A stretch of DNA of 64,000 nucleotides, taken from Rebecca billardiae RCC1528 (lineage: Eukaryota; Protista; Haptophyta). The position numbers and the translations under genes are program-made. The stretch spans positions 434,001 to 498,000 of the forward strand of contig OZ251226.1 in assembly GCA_965240325.2 (NCBI GenBank), given 5' to 3'. Below the pieces are notes generated by a model, which saw only the letters and a program-made list of their open reading frames with translations, was not told where the DNA came from and made no database searches. Numbering within the stretch: position 1 is the first letter of the stretch; the number at the start of each line of letters is the position of its first letter. Below, in pieces: positions 38,368 through 50,382 of the stretch.

Positions 38368-40180
38368 TAGGGAGTCCCCGCCAACTAAGCCCGAACCCGG
38401 AGGTGAGTCCGCCACGCGGGTCGCGGTTCAGCTAGGGGGGCCAAACCGCCCATTTAAAAATGAAAAGCAAAGTCGCGTCGCATTTTCGCTCCGCCCTCGG
38501 CCTTTTAGGGTGGCGCGGAGCCTTTTTCTCGGACCCCGCTCGAAAATCGAGCTTCACGCCTTCGGACGCTCAGAGCTCGGTTCCGCTCCAGCGCGAGCGG
38601 CCGGAGGCAGTGGACCGCCGCGCGCTCGCGACCTTTGAGACGCCGAGATGGTCTCGGGTGCGCGCGCGCGTGACGCTGGTGGGCGCTACTGACCCGTGCC
38701 TTTGCGCCACCAGCGGCTCACCACCCGCTTCTTGGCCATCTCGCGCCGTGCGCGGCGCGCGTCGGCCGGCTTGAATTGGCGCGCTGCGTGCGCCCGTCAC
38801 GCTACCGCACGGTGTGGCTCATGATCAACTCGCACAGTTGAGATCGATGCTCGCACCAAGTGCCCATGTATGTATGTGGATGCCCAGCTCGCCTAACCTG
38901 CCCTGCTGCGCCGGAATCGCCGTCAGCAGACCGGCGCGAGCTCGCGCGCAACACCTCCGCGGAGCTCGCAACTGTCATGTTCCGCTTGTAGGGCCCGTGT
39001 TTGCACCTGCCGTGGCACTTGCGATGGTCAGTACGTTGGGTATGGGTCACGTGTGCCCTCTGATGGCGTCTGGGCGCCTCCCATTCGCCTCTCAGGACGT
39101 CGCGGACGTGCTCGCAGGCAGCGGTTGGCTCATTCGACAGGTCCGACGTGCACTCGACCGTGCCTGCAAGCGCGCCCCTGTGACGCTCATGCCTGCAGAA
39201 GCAGATGCAGATGGGCCCTCATGCACCCTGGTGCGCCCAAGACCGGCGGGAGCGTCAGAGACCGTCTCAATCTTGACACCTTGCACACGCCGGCGCTTGC
39301 CGTTGGGCTCCGCGCAGCCAGCCAGGAGCGCTGAACAGCGCCGGATCAGCCTCTGTAGGCCGAATATCCGCCCCTAAGCCCAGAAATAGCGCGGAACAGG
39401 GTAGTGCGTACCTATATGGACCAATCCCATCCAGCCTGGTTTGGTGCAGACACGCCAGCCACCGCCTGGAGCAGACGTTTGCTGCCGAATCGCATGCTCG
39501 GCACTGTGCCGCACTGCGACGACGACAGATTTGACCTGCCTCGTAGGTCTCGGCCAGGGAGCGGTGACGGTTGGCTCGAGTCACTTTAAACCTTGACTAT
39601 GACCGAGAGCACTCCCGGGCTAAGGACGTGGGGCCGGTGCTTTGGGTCTACTATGTCTGCAATACGCCGTACGCGTGGCCGTAATACACAGTCTGAAAAC
39701 GTATCTCGCAGCTCGAGATCAGACGAGGCTGTATTCATCAGCATGGCGCCTATATACACAGTGGGTATGTAACGATCGGTGGCTTCTAGGAAACTACATA
39801 TTTGACAGCCTGCCAGTACACAGCCTATATCGCATGTTGGGACCTGCTGCTGCTGGGGACTCAGAACGATCTCGCTGAGATGCTCTATCAAAGTGAGGTC
39901 GACATGGTCTATATGTCACATATAGGACGACCGTTACGTACCGTTTCCAATAAGTTCAGGCTCATTCTAATAAGTAAATATGCTAGCCGTTACGCCCTAT
40001 ATTCAGGGTATGTGCACCTGATTTTTTTACATGGCCGGACCAGAACCCTCCAGAGGGCAAATGATCCAGCCCGAAATCAGCTCTAAACACTCGCCAGGAC
40101 CCGCGCTCGTGGCCGTCAGTAACGCTACAGTGCCACTTTGGCCCCCCTAGTTCAGCGGGTTGGCACGGGCCGGGATCCTA
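38368..40180 (-). mobile_element. Decayed hAT-like transposon relic
   Basis: Lower GC than genes. Minus-strand fragments FLEATDRYIPT, RIADIVDP and IRPTEAD..LFSA.G...R....KIETV resemble hAT transposase and its C-terminal dimerization motif. Inverted ctaggggggccaaa at ~38432 and ~40137; TAGG-like ends; no TSD found. Confidence 0.45.
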
Positions 40181-40305
40181 CACTGCTGATTTTTGCTGCA
40201 CTTCAGACGCGCTATAGGCGACAGAGATGGGCCACAATGGCTGCTGGAGTGCGCCACGCACGCTCAGCACGGTCGTGGCATATATATATATGGCATATCC
40301 GTCGA

Positions 40306-41416
40306 TCATGCGGCGTACTGCAGCACGCGCGGGCGCTTGGATGCGCGCCGCGCGTCGCCGTCGTCGCGGCGCCGATGGCCGTCGCTCCCCGCGGCGGCGG
40401 CAGTCTCGCCCGGAGCGACCTCGGCGCCAGGCGGTGGCGGCACCTCGCGCGCGGCAGCGGCCGCGCACACGGCCTCGGCCGCCGCGCGGCCACCGGGCGG
40501 AGGGGCCTGACGATCCGCCGAGGGCGCGGCCGGCGGCGGAGGCGTGAGCAGGCGCAGCGTGGCGAGCGCCTCCGCCACCGTGGCCTGCACGCGCAGCACC
40601 TGCTGCCGATCGATCGGCGCGCCGCGCGCCTCGCCCTGCGCCGCCGACGGCTCTCCCGCGTCCGCACGCGCGTCCGCCGCGCTTGGCCCCGCGTCGTCGC
40701 CCGCGCCCAGCTCGAGCACTTCGAGCGGCGCACCGCCTTGGCACTCAGGCAGCGCGTCGGCGCGCGCGAGCTCGGCAAGCGCGGCGTGCAGCTGCGGCAC
40801 GAGGCGGAGGACCTCGGCGGTCTCCTCGTCGACGCCTCCGCCGCCGCTGAGCATCAGCGCGGCCGTGCTCACCGTGCACGCGAGCGCGGGCAGCGCGTGC
40901 TCGAGCAGAGGCGCGAGCGCGCGCAGCAGGGTGCGCAGCGCGGCGGCGCGCGCGCGCACAGCCTGCATGGCCTCGCACAGCGCGCGCGCCCACGCGCTTA
41001 GGAGCGCCTGCGCCTCGGCGGAGCGCGGCGGCGCGGCGTCGGCGGCGCGCAGCGTGCGGGGCTCGGCGGGGCCCGGTGCCGCGGGCTGCGGCGCGCTGGC
41101 CGCGGCCGCGCGCTCCCAGATCGCACCCACCGCCGACATGTGGCGTTGCACTGCGCTCAGCGCCTGCTCCGGGTGGGTCGTGAGCTCGGGCGGCAGTGGG
41201 CCCGAGACCGGCGGGCTGAGACCGCCCACGACCGGCAGCGCGCCCATCTCGCAGCCCGCCGGCGCGATCTGCTCCGCGAGCTCGCGCAGCCGGTTCGCGA
41301 TCCACAGCCGCTGGAGGCGCAGGTCGCGCAGCTCCGAGGCGGCCGCGCCGGTGCGGCCGCGCTCGGCCGCGGCCGCGCCGGGCGGCGCGGCCGACGCGGA
41401 CGGCGGCGGCGCAGGT

Positions 41417-41456
<40 letters not shown>

Positions 41457-44400
41457 GGCCCGGCGGCGGCGGAGCCTGCGTGGATCCGGCGGGCCCCGCC
41501 GAGCTCGGGCGCGGCGGCGGCTGCGCTGCCGCGCGCGCGCCACTCTCAGCCGCCACCGCGGTGCGCGCCCACGCCCAGAGCGCGCGCGCCGTCTCGCTCT
41601 CGGCCGCGCGGCACTCGGCGTGGGGGCGTGGTGCGGCGGATGGGTCGGGCGCGCGCGCCGGCGGCGGCGAGCGCACGACGCCGTCTCTCAGAGCGGCGGC
41701 GAGCACGCGGCACGCGCCAGCCACCGCGCCGAGCAGCCGAAGCATCTGCGCTCGCTCTGAGCTCAGCAGCGGCGGGTCGCCCGGCTGCCAGGCCAGAGGC
41801 GGGCGCAAGCGCGCGGCCGCGAGCTCGGCGGTGCACTCGGCGGCGGCGACCTCGGCGGCGGGCGGCTCGGCGGCGGGATCGGCGGGGTCGGCGGCGCAGC
41901 ACGCGGCCGGGGCGAGGCGAGGCGGCGGTGCCGAGGCCGCCGGCGCTCTCGGCGGCGCGCCGGGCGCCGCCGGCCGCGCGGCCGGCGGCGTCGCGCCGAG
42001 CGCGCGCGCGGCGTCGTCGTAGCCGGGCAGCAGGCTCGGGCGCAGCGGCAGCGCCGGCCCCGCGGGCAGCGCGCGCGACGGCGGCGCGCGCGCCTGCTGC
42101 CGCGCACCGCCGAGCGGCGCGCACAGCCGCAGCAGCGCCAGCAGCTGGCACGCACGCAGGGCACGGACGTCACAAGTGCCCGCGCCCGCGGCCGCGCGCG
42201 CGAGCGCGGCCGCGGCGTACATCGCGGGTCCGGGCCCGGCGGCTGCGGAGGGCAGGGCGATGGCGGCGAGATGTGCGATCTCGGGGAGTGCGAGCTCGAG
42301 GCGAGGCGAGGGCTCGCACCCGGCGGCGAGCGCGCCCGCTGCGCCGGCCGGCAAGCCAGCCTCGCCGCCCGCGGCCAGCAGCTCAAGCCGAGGCGCACGC
42401 GCGCACGCGCGCCGCTCGGCGCCCGCGCCATCATCGTCGCCCGCGCCGCCCGCGGTGGAGGCGGCGCCGGCGGTGGAGGCGGCGCCGGCGGTGGAGGCGG
42501 CGCCGGCGGTGGAGGCGGCGAAGGCGGTGCACGCGCGCAGCGGCGCGGGCTCGGCGGGCGGCACGCACGCGAGCAGGGCAAACGCGCCCAGAGCGCCGCT
42601 CAGGAGCGCGTCGCGCGCCGCGGCGGGCACGCAGCGCTCGGCGGCGAGCGCAGGCCGCCAGCTCGCCCACCCCTCCGCCGAGCTCGGCGCGGCGCCGAGC
42701 AGCGCGCGCAGCGTGGGCGAGAGCGAGCGCTGCGCGGCGCGCGCGCACGCCACGGCCACGTCCGCGTGCGCGAGCGCGTGCCCGCCCACGGCGCGCGCGG
42801 CGCTCGCGGCCGCGCGCGCGCGCGCCACGGCCTCCGCCACCGCGGCCGCGCGCTCCTCCGTCGCCTCGCTCAGCCGCTGCCGCAGAGCCTCGGTGCAGCC
42901 GGCCATGTGCTTCGTCACTTTGGACGAGGACGCGGCGGCGCCCGACCCGGCGCGCGTGGAGTGCCACAGCGCGCCGTTCGAGTAGTACAGGTTCCACGAG
43001 GTGCTGACGGCGGCGTCGGCGCCGCTGCCACCACCCTCTGCGCCGCTGCTGCCGCCGCCGCCGCTGCCGCCGCCGTCGCCGCCGCCGCCGCCGCCGCTGC
43101 CGCCGCCGTCGCGCCGCTCAATCCGCAGCTCGATGTCCGTGCGCTTGCCGGCGTGCCACTTGCCCACGCTGAGCGCGCGCGCGTGGCGCAGCGCGTCCGC
43201 GACGTCGCGCACCGCCGCCGCGCCGCCGCCGCCCGCCGCGGGCAGCTCGTCCCACCAGAGTCCGGTGCAGTCCTGCTCCTTGCCCCGTGCAAACGCGCCG
43301 CCGTACGCCGAGCGGTCCGGAAACAGCCGGAGCGCGTCGCCGTGCGCCCGGCCGTCGACGAACTCGCCGGCGGTGAGGGCGCCGTCGAGCGCGCTGCGCA
43401 TCACGCCGGACCCGTGCGGCCGCGACGCGCGCAGCTCGCCCTCGTACTCGAACGCATGCGTGCGGAGCACGCCGAGGCCCTCGGCAGCATGGCCGCCGCC
43501 GCATGGCACAGCGGGCGCGGCCGCGCCGCCGCCCCTGCCCGCCGCGGCCGGCGAGGGCCCGGGCACCATCTCGCCGGCGTACCAGCACGGGCGCGAGCGC
43601 TCGCGCCAGGAGAGCACGCCCGGCCCCGTCAGCCCGGGCGGCTCCACCTCCGCGCGCCCGCCGAGGCCGCACGCGCCCGCGTGCGCGCGCTGCACGAACG
43701 TGCCCTCGGCGGCGAGCCCGCTGCCATTGCTCGCGGCGTACACGCACACGCCGCGCGCGTGCGAGCCGTCCGCGTGCCACTCGGCGCTGAGGGCGTAGCC
43801 GTTGCGCAGCACGCCCAGGCCGGCCGGCACGAGCGCCGCCGCCGGCGCGACGCCGCCCTCGACACCGCCCGCCGCGCCGCCGCCGCCGCCCCGCCGCAGC
43901 CGCCCCGCATACACTGCTTCGCCGCCGGCCGCGCTCGCGCGCAGGATGCCGCGCAGCGCGCCGGCGCCGCCGTCGTCGACGGCGACGACGGCGAAGTCGC
44001 CACCGGGCGAGAGCTCGCCGAACACGCCGTCAGCCGCGCCCTCCGCCCCCGCCCCGTGCGCCGCGCGCGCGTGCGGCACATCGCCCGGGTCGCCCTTGAC
44101 TCTGAAGTGCGCGCCGCCCACGTGCGCGCGCGAGAGGCGCACGGCGCCGGGCACGCACTTGAAGAGCTCGATGGCGCCGGACTGCGGCTGGAAGACGTGG
44201 ACGCACGGGATGCCGTGCTTCAAATCTTCCCCGCGCAGCGCCGCGACGACCACGCCCTCGCGCCAGTAGCCCGTGTCGTCCGGGCGCGTCTCAACAATGT
44301 CGTCACGCTTCAAGTCTTCGAGGGTGGCCGCGGCGTCGGCGGGCGGCGGCGGGCGGAGGCAGCGCGCGTGCACGTCCTCCTCGAGGAGCACCGTCTGCGC

Positions 44401-44625
44401 GTCCGGGTCGTAGATCGCCTCGTACCGCACGCGGTAGTGCCGCCGCCCGCCGCTGTGCGCGGCGCACAGCACACTCGCCACCTGCTGCACGCCGTAAAGA
44501 TGCTCCTGGCGAGAGCCGTCGTCCTCGAGAGAGACGTCGTTCGGCTTGGCGCAGCGCACCTCGACGCGCTCGCCTTCACGGAGGAGGCTGTGCGCCATGG
44601 CGCTCTCGGGGAAGTGGGTGCTCAT
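40306..44625 (-). CDS. Agenet/Tudor-like + MORN-repeat protein with low-complexity C-terminus
   Basis: N-terminus LREGERVEV...YRVRYE...LRPPPP...DIVE...YWREGVV resembles tandem Agenet domains. MORN repeats YEGELRASRPHGSG, GEFVDGRAHG, YGGAFARGKEQ, GKWHAGKR. Confidence 0.65.
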
Positions 44626-45143
44626 CGGCGGGGGTGGAGCTGTCGGCGGCGTCCTCGGGAGGGCTGGAGTCGGCGACCGACGGAGCGAGTGCCCACTGCA
44701 GCACCGCGCGGGCCGCGGCGGCGGCGGCGCTGCGCTGTTTTTTTTCGTGATGAGAATGCGGGCCGCGCCGCTCGGGTTCGCCGGACCGCTCAGCGGCCCG
44801 GACCGCTCCCGAGCCCCGACTGCTAAGATGGTAACAGCTTAACTAGCGACGCTATACGTCGTCTACATTGATAGCGTCGTTCGACTAAGTCTAATACAGT
44901 ACGACGTAGTACGTGCGATCCGCTGCGCCTACTGCCAAGCTGCTCGGCCCTGCTGCGGGCTGCTGCCGCGACCTGCGGCGGCGCGGCGGGCGGCGGCGAG
45001 CGATCTGATCGTGGCGGGCCGAACGGACTCTGTCCTCCCGGCACGGCAGCAGGCAACCGACCTGTCCCCGCCCAAGCCGACGGGCACCCCGCGCCCCACC
45101 CAACGGCGACAGCCTTGGACCGGAGTCCTGAGATCTCATCCCG

Positions 45144-46136
45144 TCAGACGATGACGAGCGGCCGCTTCTCCCACTCGGGCCTGTGCTTCTCGTACATCTC
45201 CACAAACGTGTCGATCACGCGCTGCAGCGTGCGCTCAATCAGCTCGTCGGAGGGCTCCTCGCACTTCTCCACGCGGATGTGCTTCCCTCCCACCATCTTG
45301 ATCGGGTGGCGGAACGGGATGGGCAGCCCCCACCGCCCGTAGAAGATCACGATCGACATCTTGAGCTTGCGCGAGATTGTGCGCAGCAGCGCGCTGTCCA
45401 CCTTGCGCAGCGTGCGCGTGTTGCCAAAGAAGAAGACGGGGATGATGTGCGCGCCCTCGCGCAGCGCGAGGCGGACGAACCCCTTCCGCTTCTTCAGGTA
45501 AATCCGCTCCGCGTCGCTCGTGTCCAGGAACATCTCCGCAATCCCGCCCACGACGACCGCGGCCGAGCCGCCCTCCTTCAGGATCGCCTGGATGGACGAC
45601 GCGTCTGCCGAGCGCGTGCCCGTGGCGAAGTAGAAGTGGCGGAGGATCGGCGTGTGCAGGAGCACGTTCGCGACGACGCCGGCCACGCGTTGCCCCGGGC
45701 AGATCGAGCTGAGCACGCCGTACGAGAGCAGCTGGCCGATCGGGTAGAGGGCGTGCGGGAATTCCGCCATCAGGTACTTCTCGCCCGGGACGAGGTCCTG
45801 CTCGATCACGGTCTCCCAGCCGAAGTAGGCGCGCCAGGCGTCAAAGACCCAGCTGTTGCAGAATGCGTTTGGCGAGAGCTTCGGGTTATCATACGGCACA
45901 GACATGTCGATCAGCAGCGCGGCGAGCACGAACGTCGCCCATTGCGAGCGGAGCGCGAGCACACAGTAGAGGAGGACGAGAGCGACCGAGATGAGGAGGT
46001 AGTACCAGCCGGCGACGAGGCCGAGGCTGGCCGCGGCGAAGAGGTCAGACAGGGCGCCCCGGGAGCCCTGCGCGATATTCCGCTTGTCCACCGGCTTGCT
46101 CGCGGACTGCTTCGCCTTGCCATCGCTCGTCGCCAT
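45144..46136 (-). CDS. DGAT2: Type-2 diacylglycerol / monoacylglycerol acyltransferase
   Basis: N-terminal TM, then AYF, EFPHALYP, VVGGIAEM, LKKRKGFVRLAL, IPVFFFG, GLPIPFRHPI..VGGKHI. Confidence 0.9.
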   Translation of the reverse strand: MATSDGKAKQSASKPVDKRNIAQGSRGALSDLFAAASLGLVAGWYYLLISVALVLLYCVLALRSQWATFVLAALLIDMSVPYDNPKLSPNAFCNSWVFDAWRAYFGWETVIEQDLVPGEKYLMAEFPHALYPIGQLLSYGVLSSICPGQRVAGVVANVLLHTPILRHFYFATGTRSADASSIQAILKEGGSAAVVVGGIAEMFLDTSDAERIYLKKRKGFVRLALREGAHIIPVFFFGNTRTLRKVDSALLRTISRKLKMSIVIFYGRWGLPIPFRHPIKMVGGKHIRVEKCEEPSDELIERTLQRVIDTFVEMYEKHRPEWEKRPLVIV

Positions 46137-46340
46137 CGCGTTCGCGTCCGCGGCTCCGCGCGCGGGAGAAAGTCGTGCACCTACCTACCTCACTACGACT
46201 CACGTCTCACGGCCGCCCGCCCGCCCGGGCCCTCCGGCCGGCGCAAGGGGAGTCCCCTTGGCCGGCCGGCCCAAACTCTCAAGTCTCATCAAGGGGGTTT
46301 CATCATCAAAAGTCAAAACGGGCTAGCTCATTTTGAAACC

Positions 46341-46613
46341 ATGGCGGCGGCCGGGTTGCCCAAGCTGCCCTGGGCGTATAGCGGAGGCTTCGCCTCTGCA
46401 GAACGCGACGAAGTAGGCGACTCGTTGCGCGAGCAGAAAGAGGAGCCGCGCCTCTGGGAGGTCTCGACGGAGAACCAGCGCATCATCGGCTACGGGGGCC
46501 ACCTACCGCGCGAGGTGCGCTCTGGGCGGGAGCGGAGCTCAGCAGATATCAGCTCGGCATTGTACGAGCACTCAAAGTTTGTCCCCGCCGGCGGCGGCGG
46601 AAAGACGAAGTGA
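46341..46613 (+). CDS. Small hypothetical protein (~90 aa; may be spliced further)
   Basis: accATGg start, divergent from DGAT2, coding-like. IIGYGGHLP resembles the GYxGxxP motif of ciliary microtubule-inner proteins. Confidence 0.4.
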   Translation: MAAAGLPKLPWAYSGGFASAERDEVGDSLREQKEEPRLWEVSTENQRIIGYGGHLPREVRSGRERSSADISSALYEHSKFVPAGGGGKTK

Positions 46614-47796
46614 CGTGGAAGAAGTGCTTGCCACTTTGGTATTGTTCATGTTGGATGTGCCCGGGGCGCGCGAGGACGCGCGATCGGCGCTGTCTTCCTC
46701 GCGAGCTCGCTGTCTTCACGCTGCTGGCAGCCGACTGGAGGCTGGCAATAGCGGCATGTCACGCGTGGCACGTTGTTCGACCGCCATGGGGCCCAAAAGC
46801 ATGGCGTCACGCACCGCCCCTGGCCCTGCGCTTTCGTGCGAACGAAGTTGATCGCTCCCGCATGGGCTGCGATCAGTCGCTACGGGGTCACTTGGGGACA
46901 GTGGTCGGGCGTGGCGCCTGTTCATAACGCCGACCCGGTGCCGCGCTTACCCGCATTTGAGTTTGGACTTTGAGGAGCTGAGCCGCGATGAGCGGCAGAA
47001 TCCGTGCGGTGCAGACGGTGCTACGTGACGTTGATCGAGCCGTCACTTGTCAGGCGTCAGGACTCTGACCTGTCACTGTCAGCCGGCCGAGTTCCGACCC
47101 GACCGTCGCGGAGCGGCCCGCGCGTCCCGTGACTCCCGCGTCACTCCGTGCGGCCTGCACGGATCACCGCGCGGCCGCGGGTCGCCGGGTCCGGGAGCCG
47201 CTGGCGCTGCCCCCGTGGGCGTGGCCATCACCCGTGCCAATCGAGTCCCCGATGACGAGCTACAAGGCTACTACGCCAAACTGTTTAGAATTATAACTGC
47301 CAACCCCAACCGGGTGAACCGGCAACGGCAACTGGGCACCAGTGACACTGACAGTGTGAGTGCCACTGACGAAATTTTCATTATTTTAATATAAATTAAG
47401 AAGTACACGTCGACGATCTGTATCGTGTTTCAGGAGCCTTACCGCTTACGTGCACGCCAACTCCACGTCAGTCAGACTCTGGCGCACCCCTCACGGCTCA
47501 CCGGCCCGCTGACCGGCTCACCCCGCCCATGTCGGGCGTGCCCGGCGCCGCAGGCCGGCGGCGCGCTCACTACGCGCTCACGGTGCGGCTTGGCCCCGAG
47601 AGAAAGCAGCGGACAGCAGAGCCTCAGCGACTCTTCGTTCAGGCCCATTTCTGGGCGAGCTCAACACGAGCTGCGAACCGAGGTGAAGACACATCGGGGG
47701 CCGTTGGGCAGCCGCAACCACACTGGCGAGAGCGCCCAATGGACACCATGGTGCTGGCACAGGCCCCGCGGGCCCGGCAGACCTCCAGCCCCGCAA

Positions 47797-48117
47797 CTAG
47801 CGGTACTTGTTGATGCCGAGCGACAGGTCGAACATGCCCTTGGTGAGCGCAAGCGTGCCGATCGCGACGCCCACCACCATCACGCCCATGGAGAGCGCCG
47901 GGTTGCCCGCCCAGCACGTGTTGCCACCCGTCGCCTTCTTGAGGGCCTGCCAGGCGGCCTGCTGCTCCTGCGCTCCGCGGGCCGCCGCGGCGCGTGCAGG
48001 ACACGGGCGGAGGCGGTGGTAAGCAATGAAACGCGGGCCAACAGTCCACTCCTGGGGTCGTGCGCCCCCGCGCTGCCCCTGTGCGCGCACGCCAGGGCAC
48101 ACCTTGATGGCGGACAT
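47797..48117 (-). CDS. Cytochrome c oxidase subunit VIIa-like (61 aa); exons 48117-48103, 47967-47797
   Basis: Spliced product MSAIKEQQAAWQALKKATGGNTCWAGNPALSMGVMVVGVAIGTLALTKGMFDLSLGINKYR has the Q..(F/W)Q motif, a single TM and a G.Y/F..S.GI.K end like plant/algal COX7a homologues. Confidence 0.6.
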   Translation of the reverse strand: MSAIKVCPGVRAQGQRGGARPQEWTVGPRFIAYHRLRPCPARAAAARGAQEQQAAWQALKKATGGNTCWAGNPALSMGVMVVGVAIGTLALTKGMFDLSLGINKYR

Positions 48118-48354
48118 GGAGGCGAGGGTGTCCTTGGTGTGCTCGCACAGCCTCGGCGTCGCGAGCTCCGGCTGGAGCTCAGGACCTGCTGCGAAGGCCT
48201 CACTGTCAAGGAAGGGCACCCACGGCCCGGACTCATTTATCACACCCGGACTTTCCCTGGGCCCTGCACCCGAGCTTGGGCTGCAAGATTGCGGGGACCC
48301 GACGGCAGAGCAGGGGAGCAGTCTCGCCTCGGCGAATTGCAGGGTCGTGGCACC

Positions 48355-48939
48355 ATGGATATGGGAACATGTGCGGGCTGCGCGCCGCGCTCGGCGCGCG
48401 AATCCCGCGTTGGCGCTGTCGGCACATGCCGCCCCCAGCACGTCGCAGCCTGCCCCCGCCGCCCCGTCTCATTCTCCGGGCCCTGCGCGTGCACGGCGCG
48501 CTGCAGGCTGCGCGTATTTCTGCACCGGAGTATCCGGATTTGGCATCTTGACTCTGGTGCGGCGCACGGCGGCGACCCGGGGCCGGCGCCCGCGCGTGCG
48601 GGCGGGTCACAGTCGGCGAACCCCGCTCGCCGGGCCGCACGTGCGCACCTCGGGGCGCGAGGCCCACGCGCACGAGGTCGTTTGCTCACGCGTTTGCGCC
48701 GATCCCGCGATGCACGCGCTGCCCGCGCGCAGATCGGGGTGACGCTCACCCTGAAGAATGAGGGGGGTGCGCACTACATCAGCGAGGACTTTGCCCTCGG
48801 CGAGATGGACGCGGCGGTGGCGGCCAAGGCCACCTCGGGCGCGATCATCATCTACCTCGCCTTCTTCCTCTTCTGTGGCTACCGTGTGTACAGCATGAAC
48901 AAGGCTGGGCCCAAGCAGATCACAGAGGAGGCGGAATAG
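48355..48939 (+). CDS. RNASEK: RNase kappa / V-ATPase subunit f homologue (90 aa); exons 48355-48370, 48507-48556, 48733-48939
   Basis: Spliced product MDMGTCCAYFCTGVSGFGILTLIGVTLTLKNE..ISED..AIIIYLAFFLFCGYR has two TMs with the C...S..G...L, ED and A..Y..F..C pattern. Both introns are GT..AG and frame-consistent. Confidence 0.7.
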   Translation: MDMGTCAGCAPRSARESRVGAVGTCRPQHVAACPRRPVSFSGPCACTARCRLRVFLHRSIRIWHLDSGAAHGGDPGPAPARAGGSQSANPARRAARAHLGARGPRARGRLLTRLRRSRDARAARAQIGVTLTLKNEGGAHYISEDFALGEMDAAVAAKATSGAIIIYLAFFLFCGYRVYSMNKAGPKQITEEAE

Positions 48940-49910
48940 ACGCGCGGCGCGCTCTGTGCTCCGAGCCAGCGCGCTGTGCAGGTGCCTGCCGACCAGGCCG
49001 CACAATCAGCCGAAGCCGCGGCGCGCCGGCAACCGGCACGTGCAGGGATTGGCGCGGCGCGGCGCTGGGGCGCTCTCGCGCCGCAGCGGCAGGTGTCGTC
49101 GGCTTCAGCGGCGGCGTAGGTGTCACGCGCCGGGCCGTCTCGGAGAGACTGGGGCGCCGGAGCTCGCGTGCTACCGCATGTCGAAGCGAGACGCGTGCAG
49201 CGTCACTGCCGTGTCCCTGTGCGTCTCGCTGCGATGGGCAGGCGCTTCGCTGGTCCGTCTCGCGGAGATCGTGCCGTGCCGGCGTGACCCGTGTCCGGGA
49301 CCGGGACCATTGGCCGAGCAGGATCTCAATTCTCAGTGCGGAGCGGCTGCCGGAGTGTGGCCCCGTCGTGGCTCCCGGCTCAGGCGTGAACGGTGAAGTT
49401 GCAGCATGTCGCATGTAGCATCGATCACGGTGGGGTCCAGTGGCAGTGGTGACTGACCCGCCCGCGGGGCCAATTGGCAATTCCGCTCTGATTTAACTTT
49501 ACGTATTCCCAGTTTCCTTCCGTCCTTCCGACCTTCGTCCTTCCCGCTGAAAAGTTGTGTCACCCCGGTTCAGTGTAGTCGTATGATTGTATCCATACAG
49601 TATACGTACGTTAACGACGTGGTATGCAACGGGCACTGCGTCAGAGTCAGCAAGCTGTAGCAGCAGTCAGCAGATCGAGCAGCAGAGACAAACACCAGGA
49701 TCAGCGCTCCTCGCCGTCGTCCCCCCCCCTCGTAGCCGCCCATCACTCCATCGCCGAGCGGATGAGCTCGACCGTCGACGCACCGTCTGGCGTCGACGCG
49801 CGCGCGCCACCGCGGTTGTCGCGGTGCCACGCGTCGTCAGCCGTCGTCTCGAAGTAGTCGTCGTACGTACGTACAGTTTACTGTGCACGTTAAAACATGG
49901 TGAACTGTAG

Positions 49911-50382
49911 TAAGAATAAGAGGCTACGCACACAGCTCAGGCAGGCGAGATCAGTACCTCTGACTCACGGCTGATAGCGGCTCCACGCCCCACGTGACGC
50001 GCGAGGAATGTGAGTCGCGACGACGACGAGGCGGACGAGCGCCACAATTGTGTTCGTGCACTCTCCGGTCACCAAGGATGAAGGAGTGCACGAGGTAAGC
50101 TACACTGAAGAGCATGGGGCACATGCCAGACTCTCTTCGCGCTCGCGCGTACGATCCAAGGCACTGGCAGATTTTTTTCTCACAACAGCAGGAGTGACCT
50201 CTGCATGTCGCCGTCGGGCCGAAGCACGGTCCGCGAAGTCGTGCGGCAAAAAGGCTAAGCACATATATATATATATATACAGCAGTCCCAGGCGCAGCGG
50301 CATGATGCAAATGTTTAATCACATTTCGCTACAGCTCAGCGCCCTTCGCCTTTGCCTGAGCTGTGTGCGTCTCTTATTCTTA
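49911..50382. mobile_element. 472-bp MITE with ~40-bp TIRs and an apparent 11-bp target-site duplication
   Basis: taagaataagag(gct)acgcacacagctcaggca at the left end is the reverse complement of tgcctgagctgtgtgcgtctcttattctta at the right end. Flanks are gtgaactgtag (49900-49910) and gtcaactgtag (50383-50393). Confidence 0.75.

Noticed and set aside
42452-42520. 18-bp coding repeat (ASTAGA units), plus poly-Ala/Gly/Gln and (TA)n tracts elsewhere
   Set aside because: Ordinary slippage repeats in low-complexity sequence.
45183-46340. 476-aa ORF 45183-46613
   Set aside because: Most of it is the antisense shadow of DGAT2; only the part from ATG 46341 looks coding.
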